A stretch of DNA of 64,000 nt from Leucoraja ocellata. Lineage: Eukaryota. Made by a program: the position numbers and the translations under genes. The stretch spans positions 992,001-1,056,000 of the forward strand of contig JAWMAR010000201.1 of the NCBI GenBank assembly GCA_036785375.1, in the 5' to 3' direction. The notes below the pieces were generated by a model. It was not told the DNA's origin and did not search any database. It worked only from the letters and a program-made list of their open reading frames with translations. This document shows positions 49,231-61,429 of this stretch, piece after piece. The stretch's first letter is position 1, and each line of letters opens with the position of its first letter.

Positions 49231-50559
49231 AGGAGTCATTTTAGGTCACGGTTTACCCTCCTGCCCAGCTCCTTATATTTGTCGTGGCGCTGTAGAATGT
49301 AAAGCAGTTAAAACTTAAGTAAGCTTTTCCAATAATATGCCCGCGAAATTTAACATGTTATTTATTATAATTTACAAACGAGAAAAGTAGTCACTGAGAA
49401 AGCCCAGAGTGATTTTCTTCTTCTAAAAAAAATCTTAAAGCGATGAATTATCGAAAAGCTCATGAAACTATATTTTCAAGCAAATTGGCAGGGGGTGAGA
49501 TTCAATGCAGGACTGAGGCTAGAAGTCGGTATGGTTTGTTATGAGAGTTCAGAGGACAGAATAGAACTGACAAGGAGCAGGAAGGACTGCCGGATTGAAT
49601 AAGCGAGTTCGGTATTCTGAAAAACGCAAGGAATCATGGGATTTGCCAGAGGTCATTCACCATAAAGAAAAAGCGAACGAAGAGCGGGCTGAAGAAACCG
49701 TGTATAAATTCTTCTCTTTATTCATAATTTATGTGTAAAAATATATTTAATCTGAGGATTGGGGGTGCCGTGTTGTCACATTATAGGAAAATTAATGTAT
49801 TCCAGACTGGAGCACAACAATGATAGTTTCTGAGTCGAATATCACTATTCTGCTCATTCCAAGGCAATGGAATTCTTTAGCCTCATCTATAATACGAATG
49901 AGCAATGAAATGCTTGCTTCCAGAGAGACTCCCATAAATGTTCAACTTCAAAGGAACTGGTAGCAGGAGAGCACGTTGTAACAGCGAGAGAGAGGGGGGC
50001 AGATGCGAGGGAGAGACGGGAGAGCGTGCACACAGACCTGTACCTCATCCGCAGCCAGAATCGAAGCTCGGTCCCCGGCGCCGCAAGCGCTGCCCAACTG
50101 CCACTGAACCTCCCTCCCCCCGTGTCCCATCCCTGCCCGGGGGTCAGCCGCAGCTGTCCGGGGCAACCCCGGACCGACGGGACACCAGCTGCCACAGCCA
50201 GCGTGGAGAAGAAGAACCAACTCCAACCCAACCCCGTTCCTGCCCCTGAGGAACCCGCTCCCCAACGGTCCAGGAACCGTCGGCTGCGCCTCTTGCATTG
50301 TCCAGTGGCTGTCGGCTGGTACCCCATGGAATAGAGACCCAGCCTACTCAACCTCTCTCTCTAGCTCACTTCCTCTCGTCCTGGCAACATTCTCGTAAGT
50401 CTTTACTGAACCTTTTCAAGCTGGACAATATCTTTCCAATAAAATGGTGCCCAGAAATGAAAACACTGTGTTCTAAATGCGGTCTTGTAACACGTATTTT
50501 GCTGTGGAGAAAGATATGAAGACTGGGGCACTTTTAACTGGGGACAGTTAATGGAAGTG

Positions 50560-51520
50560 TCTTAAGGCCAATTGTTTGTCTGTGGCTTATATCAATGATT
50601 TGGATGAGAATGTAACATGCTTAGCAGGTTTGTAGATGACATAAATGTGGGTGGTATCATAAATATTGCAGATGATTATCAAAAATTGCAGCAGGATTGT
50701 GATTGCCTGGGCTGGTGGGCTGTGGAATGGTTAATGGTTACAGATAAGTGTCAGGTGTTGCATTGGGGGAAGTCTAACCAGGGGAAAACCTACACAGTGA
50801 CTGACAACTCTCGGGCGTGTTGTAGAGCAGAGGGATCTAGGGATGCAGATTGGTACTTAATTTCTTGAAAGTGGCGTTGTGGCATTGTTCCTTGGGTAGT
50901 GGTCAAGGAGACTTTTGGCACATTGACCTTCATAAATCAAAGTATGGACTATAGAAGTAAGGAGGTTATGTTAATAGTTGGTCAAGACATCGATGAGACC
51001 ACATTTGGCGTTTTGTATTCAGTTTAGGTCACTTTTATAAGAAAAGTTGTTCTTAAGCTGGAAATGATGCAGAGAACATTTGAGGATGGTGCAAGGACTC
51101 GAGGGCCCTAAGCTATAGGGAGATGTTGCACAAGCTAGGTCATTATTCCTTGGAGTGCAGTAGGATAAGAGGTGATCTTATGCAAGTGTATAAGATCATG
51201 AGGTGAATAGATAGGGGTGAATGCATAATCCATAGTAGGGGAATCAAGAACCAGGGGGCCTAGATTTGTGAGGGGAGTAAGATTTAATAGGAACCCGAGG
51301 GGCAACTTTTTGTACACAAAGGGCAGTTGATATATGGAATGACTTGCCAGGAGAGGTTGGAGCAGGTACTATCACAACATTTATAAGAAATCTGGATAGT
51401 AACAGTGACATGGGTTTATAAGGATATGGGTAAAATGCAGGCTGGTGTTGATGGGGCATGATGTTTGCTGTGGGCAAATTGGGTTGAAGGGCCTGTTTCT
51501 ATGCTATATTGCTCTATTTT
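50560..51520 (+). mobile_element. Old CR1 LINE fragment
   Basis: LSRFVDDINVGG...DKCQVLHWGKSN. Confidence 0.75.
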
Positions 51521-53504
51521 ACTTTGTTTGCAAGATGTTATGTGTTTTTCCCTGGAGTGACTGAAAGCGGTGGACAGCAGGAAGTCAACAGTGACCTCGG
51601 ACTGGTATGTGTGTTGCACCAGCAAAGGGTATTATGCGGTCCAAAAAGACAGAACTTTTCAAACAGCTGCCATTGAAAGACGACAAGAAAGGTAAGGTCG
51701 TCTTATTGCTACAGATAAGCATTTCGCAATAAAACATTGCTGGCATTATGCCTGGACAACGCACGCTGAATTTGCAGTATGATGTTGTATGTGGTAAGGC
51801 ATTGCAACATTTAAATATTGCAAAATTATTTTGTAGTACAACTGCACCACACCCACTGATTTTCCATTATTTAATCTCCATTACATTCTCAAAACTCTAA
51901 TATATTTATTAAACATGATTTATTTCATAAACCATAATGACTTTAATCAAGCCAGTGAATGTTTTACCCAAGTGTGGTCTTTACATCATTCCTTTTTTTG
52001 CATATATAAATAAAATCTTACTATTTATAGGCGCAATCATACTTAATTTCAGGAGGGGAGGGATAGTAGATTACTCTTAGCCAATATAAAAGGGTCACCA
52101 CATTTCCAGTGCCATTTTTAGAATTTAAGTCAATTTTTTAAAAAGGCAGTCTTAACTTGGCCATCAAGGCTGGTGGTCAGTGATTTCGTAGCTATACTTG
52201 GGTCAAGTGGAGGTCAGGTCCTCAGACATGCAGAAAATACATGCATTTTCACCATTACTATTGTTAATTGATGTGCAGCACCAAATTTCTCTATAGGTGT
52301 ATATTTGCCACCTAATTTGTTGGTTTAAAGAATTTTGGAAGATGATCACAAATGCGTTCACTATTTCCAAGAACATAACATTTTGTACTCCTGAGATGCA
52401 GATCATCATTAATTGGGCATTTGTTAACCTTTAGCCCTTTTAATTTCATTTGCTCTATTTATTAATCGTGATTTTCTTTGTTCTTTCCCCCTTGTGATCT
52501 TTTATCTCCTGAATTTTGTATGGTTATTTTGTATGTGTTGCACTGCCTTCATAAAGCATTTTTTCTTTTTTCTTATTTTCACGAATAATTTCCCTGTTTC
52601 TGATTAGGTGGGGGGGGGTTCACTTGAGTTCATTTATTTTCTCTGGTTCACATGTCATGGAATATTTTAGTCGGTCTGCATGTTTCTTTCAAGCTTATTC
52701 TCATTCTATTATTTCCACCTTAATAGTTTTGTCGTCTTACTGAATTTTAAAATTCTTCTAAACCTTTGGTGCAGTTAGATTTTCTGGCAATGTTATGTGC
52801 ATCATCTGTGGATCTATTACTATACATAATTTCCTTTGGAATCACAGTTGTAACATCTTTGCTTTTTGACCATTTTTTTCGAAGAGGCTATTAGACTTCA
52901 GAACTAATTACTTATTTTACTCCTACATCACTGAGGTGCTTCCACATACTCTGTTTTAACTCTGCCTCGTTGTTATTTTGTGTTTCTTTGGGTACTGCTT
53001 CATATTGCACCATTTTGGTGTTTTTTTGAATTTGCTGTGGTAAATGCTGTATCTATGCTTACTAGATACTGTTTACTATGACCTTTATGCAAACAAGGAA
53101 TTTTATTGTACCCTGGCAGATAAGACAATAAATGAATCTGGTATTTGCAAATCTATTTTTTAACTATGAATTGAAAATAATAAAACAATGTTGGAAGATG
53201 CTTGAAATGGGAAACAAAAGCAGAAAATTCTGAAATATTCTGGTCAGATTGCATTGGTGAAAAACTAAGCAGTGTCTGAAACTCTTCGTCAGTTTGCTTC
53301 CATCTGCAGCAATTAATTAAGCAGAATAAGGGGTAAGTCATTTAAAACTGAGATGAGGAAAAAACTTTTTCACAGAGTTGTGAGTTTGTGGAATTCTCTG
53401 CTTCAGTGGAGACTGGTTCTCTGGATGCTTTCAAGAGAGAGCTAGACAAACTCTTAAACATAGCGGAGTCAAGGGATATGGGGAGATGCAGGAATGGGGT
53501 ATTG

Positions 53505-54020
53505 ATATCCAGTGCTTCTACGCAGCGGCGGTGGAAAGCATCTTGTCCGGGAACATTACCATCTGGTTCGGGAATTGCTCTGCCAAGGACAAGAAGGCTC
53601 TGCAGAGAGTAGTGCGTTCGGCCGAACGCACTATGGGAACTTCACTCACCCCCCTGCAGGAACTATACAACAGGAGGTGCAACTCCAGAGCAAACAAAAT
53701 CATGAGAGACCTCTTCCACCCCTGCAACGGACTGTTCCAGCCGCTACGGTCAGGCAAACGCCTCCGTTGCCATGCAGTGAGAACGGAGAGGTTGAGAAGG
53801 AGTTTCTTCCCAGAGGCAATTCGAACTGCAAATGCCTTTCTCACCAGGGACTAATTGTACAGAATGTTTTTCCTTCTATTATTTATTATGTAAAATAATA
53901 TGTGTGTTATGATTGTGTTTATAATTTGTTTGGTTGTTTTGTTGTTCCGCGAGCATTGCCACTTTCATTTCACTGCACATCTCGTATGTGTATGTGACAA
54001 ATAAACTTGACGACTTGACT
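53505..54020 (+). mobile_element. Rex1/Babar LINE 3' end inserted in a CR1 tail
   Basis: VESILSGNITIWFGNC...LRSGKRLR...SFFPEAIR; the CR1 tail flanks it at 53328-53500 and 54020-54115. Confidence 0.85.
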
Positions 54021-55059
54021 TGATTGTGGATGAACAGCCATGATCACATTAAATGGCGGTGCTGGCTAGTGGGGCCGAATGGCCTACTCCTGCATCTATT
54101 ATCTATCGTCTATTGTCAAGATAAGTGATTTGCTTTTCTGGGCAGAGAAGAATTGTCTTCACCCAAATTGGAGTGTATTTTTGGAATTCCTCCACCGTTG
54201 ATGACCAATGGATGCACAATTGCTGAATGTATTAAAAATAGAATTTTGTATATAATGGGATTTTGTGTTCATTGCAGGAAAGTTGCACTGAGCTAAAAGA
54301 TCAGTCATAATTTTACTGAATGAAAAGGCAGTCGTAAGGAGTTAAATTGTTTAATACTGTTCTAATCTATAGTCTCATTGAGATATGCATTCTGCACCTT
54401 TAAGTATTTTTTTTTTAATGTAAGACAACATTTTTTCCATATTTATATGGTTTTGACTTTTGTATTCTATGAGAGCAAGCATCTCTTATAGTAGTTGGGA
54501 AGGGAAGATTTGATGCCCTGTTTACAATAGATATCTTGTCATCAGATCTCTGTCTAATTATCATGATTGCATTTACTATAGTATCATAACCACCTTTTGG
54601 AAGTACCATTTGCCCATCATGGCTGAAAGTTCAAATGAGACTCCAGTACCAAGATCTGCGGTGAAAACAAGTATGTTCATTTTTTCTTTGAATCATAATG
54701 TCTGTTCTATCAAATGGTGTAATTGTTATGTGTGTAATTTTATATGCAGGAAGAGGAACAGAAATGGATACTAGCGATAGTCCTTGCGTCATACAGCATG
54801 GAAACAGGCCCTTCGGCCTGACTTGCCCACACCGACCAACATGTCCTATTTGCGCTAATCCCATCTGCTTTTGCTAAGTTTTGTACCAGGGTGGAAATGT
54901 TAAATGCTGTAGGGGATAACTCTAAGGAGAGAGGAAGAATGTTTAAAATAGATTTACATCAATATTTCTATGCAGAGTGGTAGGTGCCTGGAACTCACTG
55001 TCAAAGAAAATAAACATGTGATGGCAATATTTTAGCTATTTAGCCAGGCACTTCAAAGG

Positions 55060-55812
55060 GAAAGGATTGGGGGCCATGTTCACATGGGGGGGGCTGGTCC
55101 CCCAACGCAATATTCCACCTCTCCACCAATTGCAATATTGGTGGCCAGTTGTGGGGGCTATCTGGAGCGCTACTATGGTTGTTGTGGGCCGAAGGGACTA
55201 GTTTCCATAGGGCTAGTATGGACATTGTGGGCCAAATGGATTCTTGGGCTGGCAGCTCAATCACTCAGGCCTGGTGGGCTGGCAGCTCAGTTACTCAGGG
55301 GTTGGTGGTCTGGTAGTTCACTCACGGCTGTTGGACTGGCAGTTGGTTGACTCGCGGCTGGTGGGCTGGCAGTTCACTCACGGCTATTCCCTGAAATTCC
55401 ATTTCCAGCAGAGTGCAGGCCACCAAATGCAAATGCAATTTCATACCATTTCAAGCAGAGTGCAGGCCACCAAATTCAAATGCAATTTCTTACCATTTCA
55501 AGCAGAGTGCAGGTCAGCAAATTCGAAAGCAATTTCATACCATTCCCCCCCCCCCCCCCCCCCGGAAGGGGCATTACCTTCACCATGGTGATTGACAGGT
55601 GTAAGGACCAATCAGATGATCTCAATATATTTTTAAACATTCATAACTTTTTTTATTTTTCATTAATCGGGAAAAGTCCTCGGGGCTGCCTCAGCGACGG
55701 AGGACTGAGTAAGATGGCCAAAAATCATAGTGATATATGGTAGCGTTTTTTTCTAAAATCAATATATAGTGCAGACAGGAAGTGGTCAAAATCAGACTTT
55801 TAGTTACATAGA
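55060..55812 (-). mobile_element. Helitron-like non-autonomous element with internal tandem repeats
   Basis: Minus-strand 5' end A|TCTATGTAACTAAAAG; the terminal ~250 bp is shared with 58690-58938. Confidence 0.5.
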
Positions 55813-57085
55813 TATTCGGGTTAACTGAATGATAGCTGGGGAGGGAACAAAAACATCATGCAATGGTAATAGCAGCAAAACTGGACTAAGCTAAGTACTG
55901 AGAAGTAAAGTTACTTTTAAGAATTATGATCACAATTCATCATCCCGTGAAGCGAAGTTAGAATTTTTGCAGTGCTTATATTCATTCAATTATCAGAACA
56001 ATACCAAATATTTTTCTCGCAAGGGGATTTGTGATCTTGCGTTCAGTATTTGAATTGTATTGCAGACATATTTCATGTATTTGTAAGGGGATTATATTAA
56101 GTGGTGAATTGATTTTTTGATGACACAATGGGGAAATATGTATTGGAATGTTCTAAAGCATGTCTCTTCCAGTGATTACCTAGTCAAACTCCTATTGCAA
56201 AATTCCACCCTGGCTTCAGAAGGAAGAACATTTTGGGAAAGAAAAGGCCATTAAATGTTTATCAAGTTGACTTGCATAAGACTTGCATAACACGGGTCAA
56301 ATCCGGAAACATCAAACCCTCCTACCTCAACGACGGTGGGGTGGGAGGAGGTTTACTGTTTTCCATTTTTTCCGCTGTCAAGTGCATAGTGCATCTCATC
56401 AAGTTGGGCCATAACATCATGGGGCATGTGTTGCCAGTGAGGCAGATTGATTAACTGTTGCTTCCAGTTTATTATGGCTGCACCTAGCAGCATTGAGAAA
56501 CGTATTTAGTATATCTTTTGTAGCTTTTCCTCTGAACCAACACATGATTTATGGAAATAGACAAACTGGGACGTGGACATTAGATGAGAGTCTAGCAACC
56601 ATAGGTCATATCTGGTTGGATAGAGTTGATGTATGAAAATCATTACCTTAATGCTTTCGTTATCACTTCAGTGAACATAGAGGTATTGGTATGGTGATCA
56701 TGCCACTTCATACAATTTTTTGGAGGCATTGTTGGTTCCTCTCTAGACTGTTGAGGTGTTGTTCGCTAATCATTCCGGAATTCCTGTTCGTAGCAAAGTG
56801 CACAGATGACAACTCCATCGGAGCAACTGGAGCATTGTTCAATTCTTGTTGCCAGGAAAGATGCGAGTGCGTTGGCTAGCTACTAAATAGATTGGTAGGA
56901 ATGGTTGTTCAAATGAAAAAAAATTATATTTGCCAGAATAAATAAAGATTTGGGACTAGTTTCTGAGTGGAAATTGATATAAGCATGGAAAATAATGACG
57001 AACCTTTGCAGAGTGGTTGGTCAAGGTTAAAAGAAATCAAGCTAAGATGACATGAGGAATAATTTGTTTCCTGACCATAATACAG

Positions 57086-57367
57086 GGATTACGAGGGCAC
57101 ATCATCCGAGGACGTACACTCTATTGAGTATAAATGGGGATCCTGTGGATAGGGTGAACTGTTTTAAATATCTGGGAGTCCACATCTCTGAGGATATGAC
57201 ATGGTCATCACACGCCTCAGCGCTGGTGAGTAAGGCAAGGCAGCGCCTTTACCACCTCAGGCAATTGAGGAAATTCAGAGTGTCTCCGAGGATCCTACAG
57301 TGCTTCTACGCAGTGGCGGTGGAAAGCATCTTGTCCGGGAACATTACCATCTGGTTTGGGAATTGCT
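57086..57367 (+). mobile_element. Rex1/Babar LINE fragment
   Basis: FKYLGVHISEDMTWSSH...KARQRLYHLRQLRKF; overlaps the 53505 copy in sequence. Confidence 0.85.
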
Positions 57368-57617
57368 AGTGTAGCTGGAACATGTTGGCCGATGTGGGCA
57401 AGTTGGGCTGAAGGGCCTGTTTCCACACTGCATCACTCTATGACTATGACTCTTATCAATTCTCTCCTCAACCTTGACATTGATAACAATGCAGAAAGTG
57501 CATTGTGTGGTTTTTCAGATGGTGAGATTTGTAGAAGCTCCCAGTCTTATTCTAAAGGGAAATAAGGTATCCTGTTAACTCATTGTTAATGTTCCATTTT
57601 TCTCCATGTGCTCACAG

Positions 57618-57784
57618 GTCTGAGGATTGCATTCATGGAATTCTTGAAAAAAGGTGATGAGCACAAACTCTTCAAATTAACACAGTTTTACCGGACAGGT
57701 TAGAACAGGCAATTGAAGAAGAGGTGAAATCAATTGCCTTGCTTTTGAAAGAGCAGCGGCAGAATCAGTAAACAAGAACTTTTG
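57618..57784 (+). pseudogene. NLR-like exon with compensating -1/+1 frameshifts
   Basis: cacAG acceptor, GTGAGT donor; in-frame TAG at 57701. Confidence 0.7.
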
Positions 57785-58315
57785 GTGAGTGACACAATTT
57801 GGTTTAAACCGTATTCACAAAAGCAAGAGAGCATCAGTTTAAGTACTGCAAATGTATGCTGCAAAGAAACAGGCCAGAAAACCTGAGGAATTTAAAACTG
57901 GGAAAGACGACCATTTTCAGCTGCTTCTGTACTGAAGTAGGGAGTGATTTGATTTCCTACGTAAAAATAATTTTATTTTTGAAGGAAAGGGGAGATCAAA
58001 TTTGGATTAAATAATTCAAGCAAAGCGCCTGTGAACTTGGTTCAACTGAAGGAACTTGGAGATGACGCTGATATGTGCAAAAATGTATCGTATTTCTGAG
58101 CAAACATGTAAATGTTTCATCGTCATATAGATACAACATGGACCAGTCCTTCGATTCACACCGTTCATCACCCACATATTTGCACTAATTCAACATTAAT
58201 TCCATAATCTTCCCCATTCCCAATCGCCCTTTCTCCCTTACCCCGATCCCACCAGTTACCTATAAACAAGCTGCAAATTTGCCCTATATGGTTGTAAGTA
58301 TGTGGTTGATGAACA

Positions 58316-58443
58316 NNNNNNNNNNNNNNNNNNNNNNNNNNNNNNNNNNNNNNNNNNNNNNNNNNNNNNNNNNNNNNNNNNNNNNNNNNNNNNNNNNNNN
58401 NNNNNNNNNNNNNNNNNNNNNNNNNNNNNNNNNNNNNNNNNNN
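58316..58443. other. Assembly gap
   Basis: Run of N. Confidence 1.
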
Positions 58444-58938
58444 TCCTTCCAAACGCATTCGGATCAAATAAAGCATTGCAGTTTCAAGCACAGGGAGGGC
58501 AGCAGGCCAAACAACTCATGGCATTGTCATTAAGGGCTAACAAATCATTTATTGCAAGTACATTGCAGGCTCACAGTTCAGTTGGTTCACAGCTTAGAAT
58601 GACAGTTGTGGCCTGTCTCTCACCCTGTGATCTTGCAGGGTGACTGACTCACACCAGGCATCCAGGGGTTTATAGTCCTGCACCCCACCTCCCGGAAGGG
58701 GCGTTTACTTCATAGCGGTGATTGACGGGCGAGAGGACCAATCGGCTGATCTCAAGGTTTTTTTTAAACACTCATAACTTTTTAATTTTTATAGATGGGA
58801 AAAATCCTCGGGGCTGGTTCAGCGGAGGAGGACTGAGTAAGATGGCCAAAATCACAGCAATACAGGGTAGCGTGTTTTCTAAAATCAATATGCAGCGCAG
58901 ACAGGAAGTGGTCAAGATGAGACTTTTAATTATATAGA
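58444..58938 (-). mobile_element. Second Helitron-like copy
   Basis: GGAGGACTGAGTAAGATGGCCAAAA...GACAGGAAGTGGTCAA...TATAGA shared with 55560-55812. Confidence 0.5.
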
Positions 58939-59219
58939 TAAGGATATAAGGATGACAATGTCTACATTCGGTATTTTTTTAAAGCCAGTAGACTTTAAGT
59001 AAGTGAAAGTAAGGCATGTAAATGAAGCGAAGATAAGGATTAGTTAATATCTTATTCGCTGAACAGCAGATTGCATGAAATAAATGTTACAGAATATTCA
59101 TTCTATCTGAATCATTTATTTCAGTGGATTTTGATTGTGAGAGCTCCTCACACTGAACAGGTCAATTCCTTGTGTTTATTTTTCACTCTGATCCACAATA
59201 TATTTGACATTATTTGCAG

Positions 59220-59382
59220 AAAGTGGAGGAGGAAAGGAATAAGGCCCACAGTTCCAAACTTCTTGTAACTCTTGTGATGGAGAAAGGCTCCGAACCGAGA
59301 AGGGTAATGTGGGAATCCATTCTGAAAACAGAATATAGATTTCCAAAATTGGAGAACATGTTGACAGATATACTGAATAAGG
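59220..59382 (+). CDS. NLR-like exon (KVEEERNKAHSSKLLVTLVMEKGS...ILNK)
   Basis: ttgcAG / GTAAGA, phase 0 to 1. Confidence 0.75.
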
Positions 59383-59470
59383 GTAAGAAAACATTACATG
59401 CTGAACTTGAATTCTTCCCATTTTACTATTTGCACATACGCAATTCATAAAATCTAAATGATCTTAACAG

Positions 59471-59536
59471 GTACTGACATTCAGGATTTCATGAAATTAA
59501 TCCGGGGTTGTACAGAGATTCCCATCCACCTAAAAG
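59471..59536 (+). CDS. NLR-like short linker exon (TDIQDFMKLIRGCTEIPIHLK)
   Basis: aacAG / GTAAGT, phase 1 to 1. Confidence 0.7.
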
Positions 59537-60077
59537 GTAAGTTAGATTTTTCATTTTCTAATTATTCCCTTTCCATAAGCACAATCAGTATTTGTGGTTT
59601 ATCCTGAAATCTACTCTAATGAATGATAGTGAGTCCCTTCTCATTGCCAGATGGAATCCTGTAAATGTACAATGCTTTTGGACCTGGAATTCCAGGATGT
59701 GGATATGGCAATATTTCCAGATCGGGGCAGTGTGCAACTTTGAGGAGAGTCTGCAGTTGTTGTTGCTCTTCTATGCATGAAGCCCCCCTTGTATTGCACA
59801 TTTGGGAGCTGTTAGTGTAGTGTAGGTGGGTTATTGCAGTGTGGTTTGATGATGTTACACACGGCACAAGTGGTGCAGGAAATGAATATTTAAGGTGATG
59901 GATGGCATTCTAGTCAATTGGGTTCCTGTTTTGTACTGGAAGTGTGGAAGTTCACTCATCCAGGCAAGTGGAGGATTATCCAATGCACATTTCAAACCTA
60001 TCTACTTATCTTTTCCACCATCTATGTGCTGTCAGGAGGTAAGCTCTAATCTTTGACCTTCTCTTGTAGCAGCATTA

Positions 60078-60600
60078 TGGGCCTGTCCCACTTAGGCGAC
60101 TGCATAGCCACATGGTCGCCACATGTTCGCGGTTGGTTTCCAGGGAATCGCCTTCATGGTCGTGAGGAGTTCCAGCATTCTGGGAACTAGTTGCGGCCTC
60201 ATTATGGTCGCCGCGAATGTTTCAACATGTTGAAAAATGAGTGGCGACCAGAATGAAACTGCCATGGAGAGTAGTGAGAATTCTCGTGCCGTAGGTGGGT
60301 CGCCAGGAGGTCCTAGTGGGTTGCCAGGTGGTCGAAGGTTCTCATAGGTTGTAGCCGGTGCTGACCGGTGAATTTCATTAGCTCATTGGGGAAAGAAAAA
60401 CGTAAGCAGTAGTTTTCAGAACCAAGGATAACAGACCGGTAATGTTAAATGTCTGCGAGCTTCACAGCTGTGGATCTCTGGCTTCTTAAAAGTTGTCTCC
60501 ACTCCATCTCTCTCCCTCCCTCCCCCTACTCCCCACCTCTTTTAAAGGACAGACTGTGCACAGTGCTTTAGCCGTCTTAATTACAGCGCCAACCTTCCTG
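60078..60600 (+). mobile_element. PIF/Harbinger-like MITE
   Basis: Terminus GGGCCTGTCCCACTTAGG; the right boundary is approximate. Confidence 0.55.
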
Positions 60601-61262
60601 TTCATTGTAGCATTGCTCCACTGGCGGGAGGGTGGGGGTCATTTTCCCACACAAGCCATAGGTGACTGGGCAATCTGAACACAAGCACCAAGTTGTAAGT
60701 GGCCGAAGGTGCGCATCCCTCGGGACAGCCCCCACTCTCCCACGGCCACCCTCTGCGGACTGTGAGTCAGGCAGAGCGGAGGTGTGGGACAATGTTCATC
60801 CCTCCACAGTGATGTGATGGACGCGGGGGTCTGACAAGCCCCGCCCCCGGCAACGTCATGTCCGTTATTTGACTTTTCTGTGGAGGGGCATTCGGTTTGT
60901 TGGCTTGTAGGCACCGCCGCTTTTCGGGTAGGTAGCGTTTCGGTAAAGCGGCCATTCGGTGAGTTTGCTTTTAGGCAACGCAGCTTTTCGGTTAGTTTGC
61001 ATTTAGGTGTCCCCACCCTTTTGGTTAGTTGGCGTTTCGGCTTCGTTTCCATTCGGTTATTTGGCTTCTACTTCTTTGCTTCGGCTTCTCGTTCGTCGGC
61101 GCCACATCCGCACACGCTATTAGTTATGCCATTCTTTCCCATTCAGAATTTGTCATGTCATAGAACATGGCAACAGACCCTGAGCCCAACTTGTCCATGC
61201 TGTCCAAAATGCCGCCTTTACACTTCTTTTACCTGGCTGCGTTTGACTATATGCCTTTAAAC

Positions 61263-61330
61263 CAGGGGGCTCCAAACTTTTCACCATGAGGGCCACATTA
61301 TATATTGGCACTTTTTAGCGGGCCGAAGGA
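61263..61330 (+). mobile_element. hAT/Charlie-like MITE left end
   Basis: CAGGGGGCTCCAAACTTTT...GAGGGCCACAT. Confidence 0.45.
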
Positions 61331-61429
61331 AAAAATAATGTCACACATGCACGCCTGCACAGAAACTCACACATACATTCTCACATACCGAACCAGACGC
61401 ACCCCGCAGCCCGCTTGCCCGCAACCCAC

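Noticed and set aside
55250-55545. Spaced direct repeats resembling a CRISPR array
   Set aside because: Eukaryotic context; tandem units without unique spacers, inside a Helitron-like element.
56173-56335. Candidate extra NLR exon
   Set aside because: An acceptor is present, but there are stops in all frames; at most UTR.
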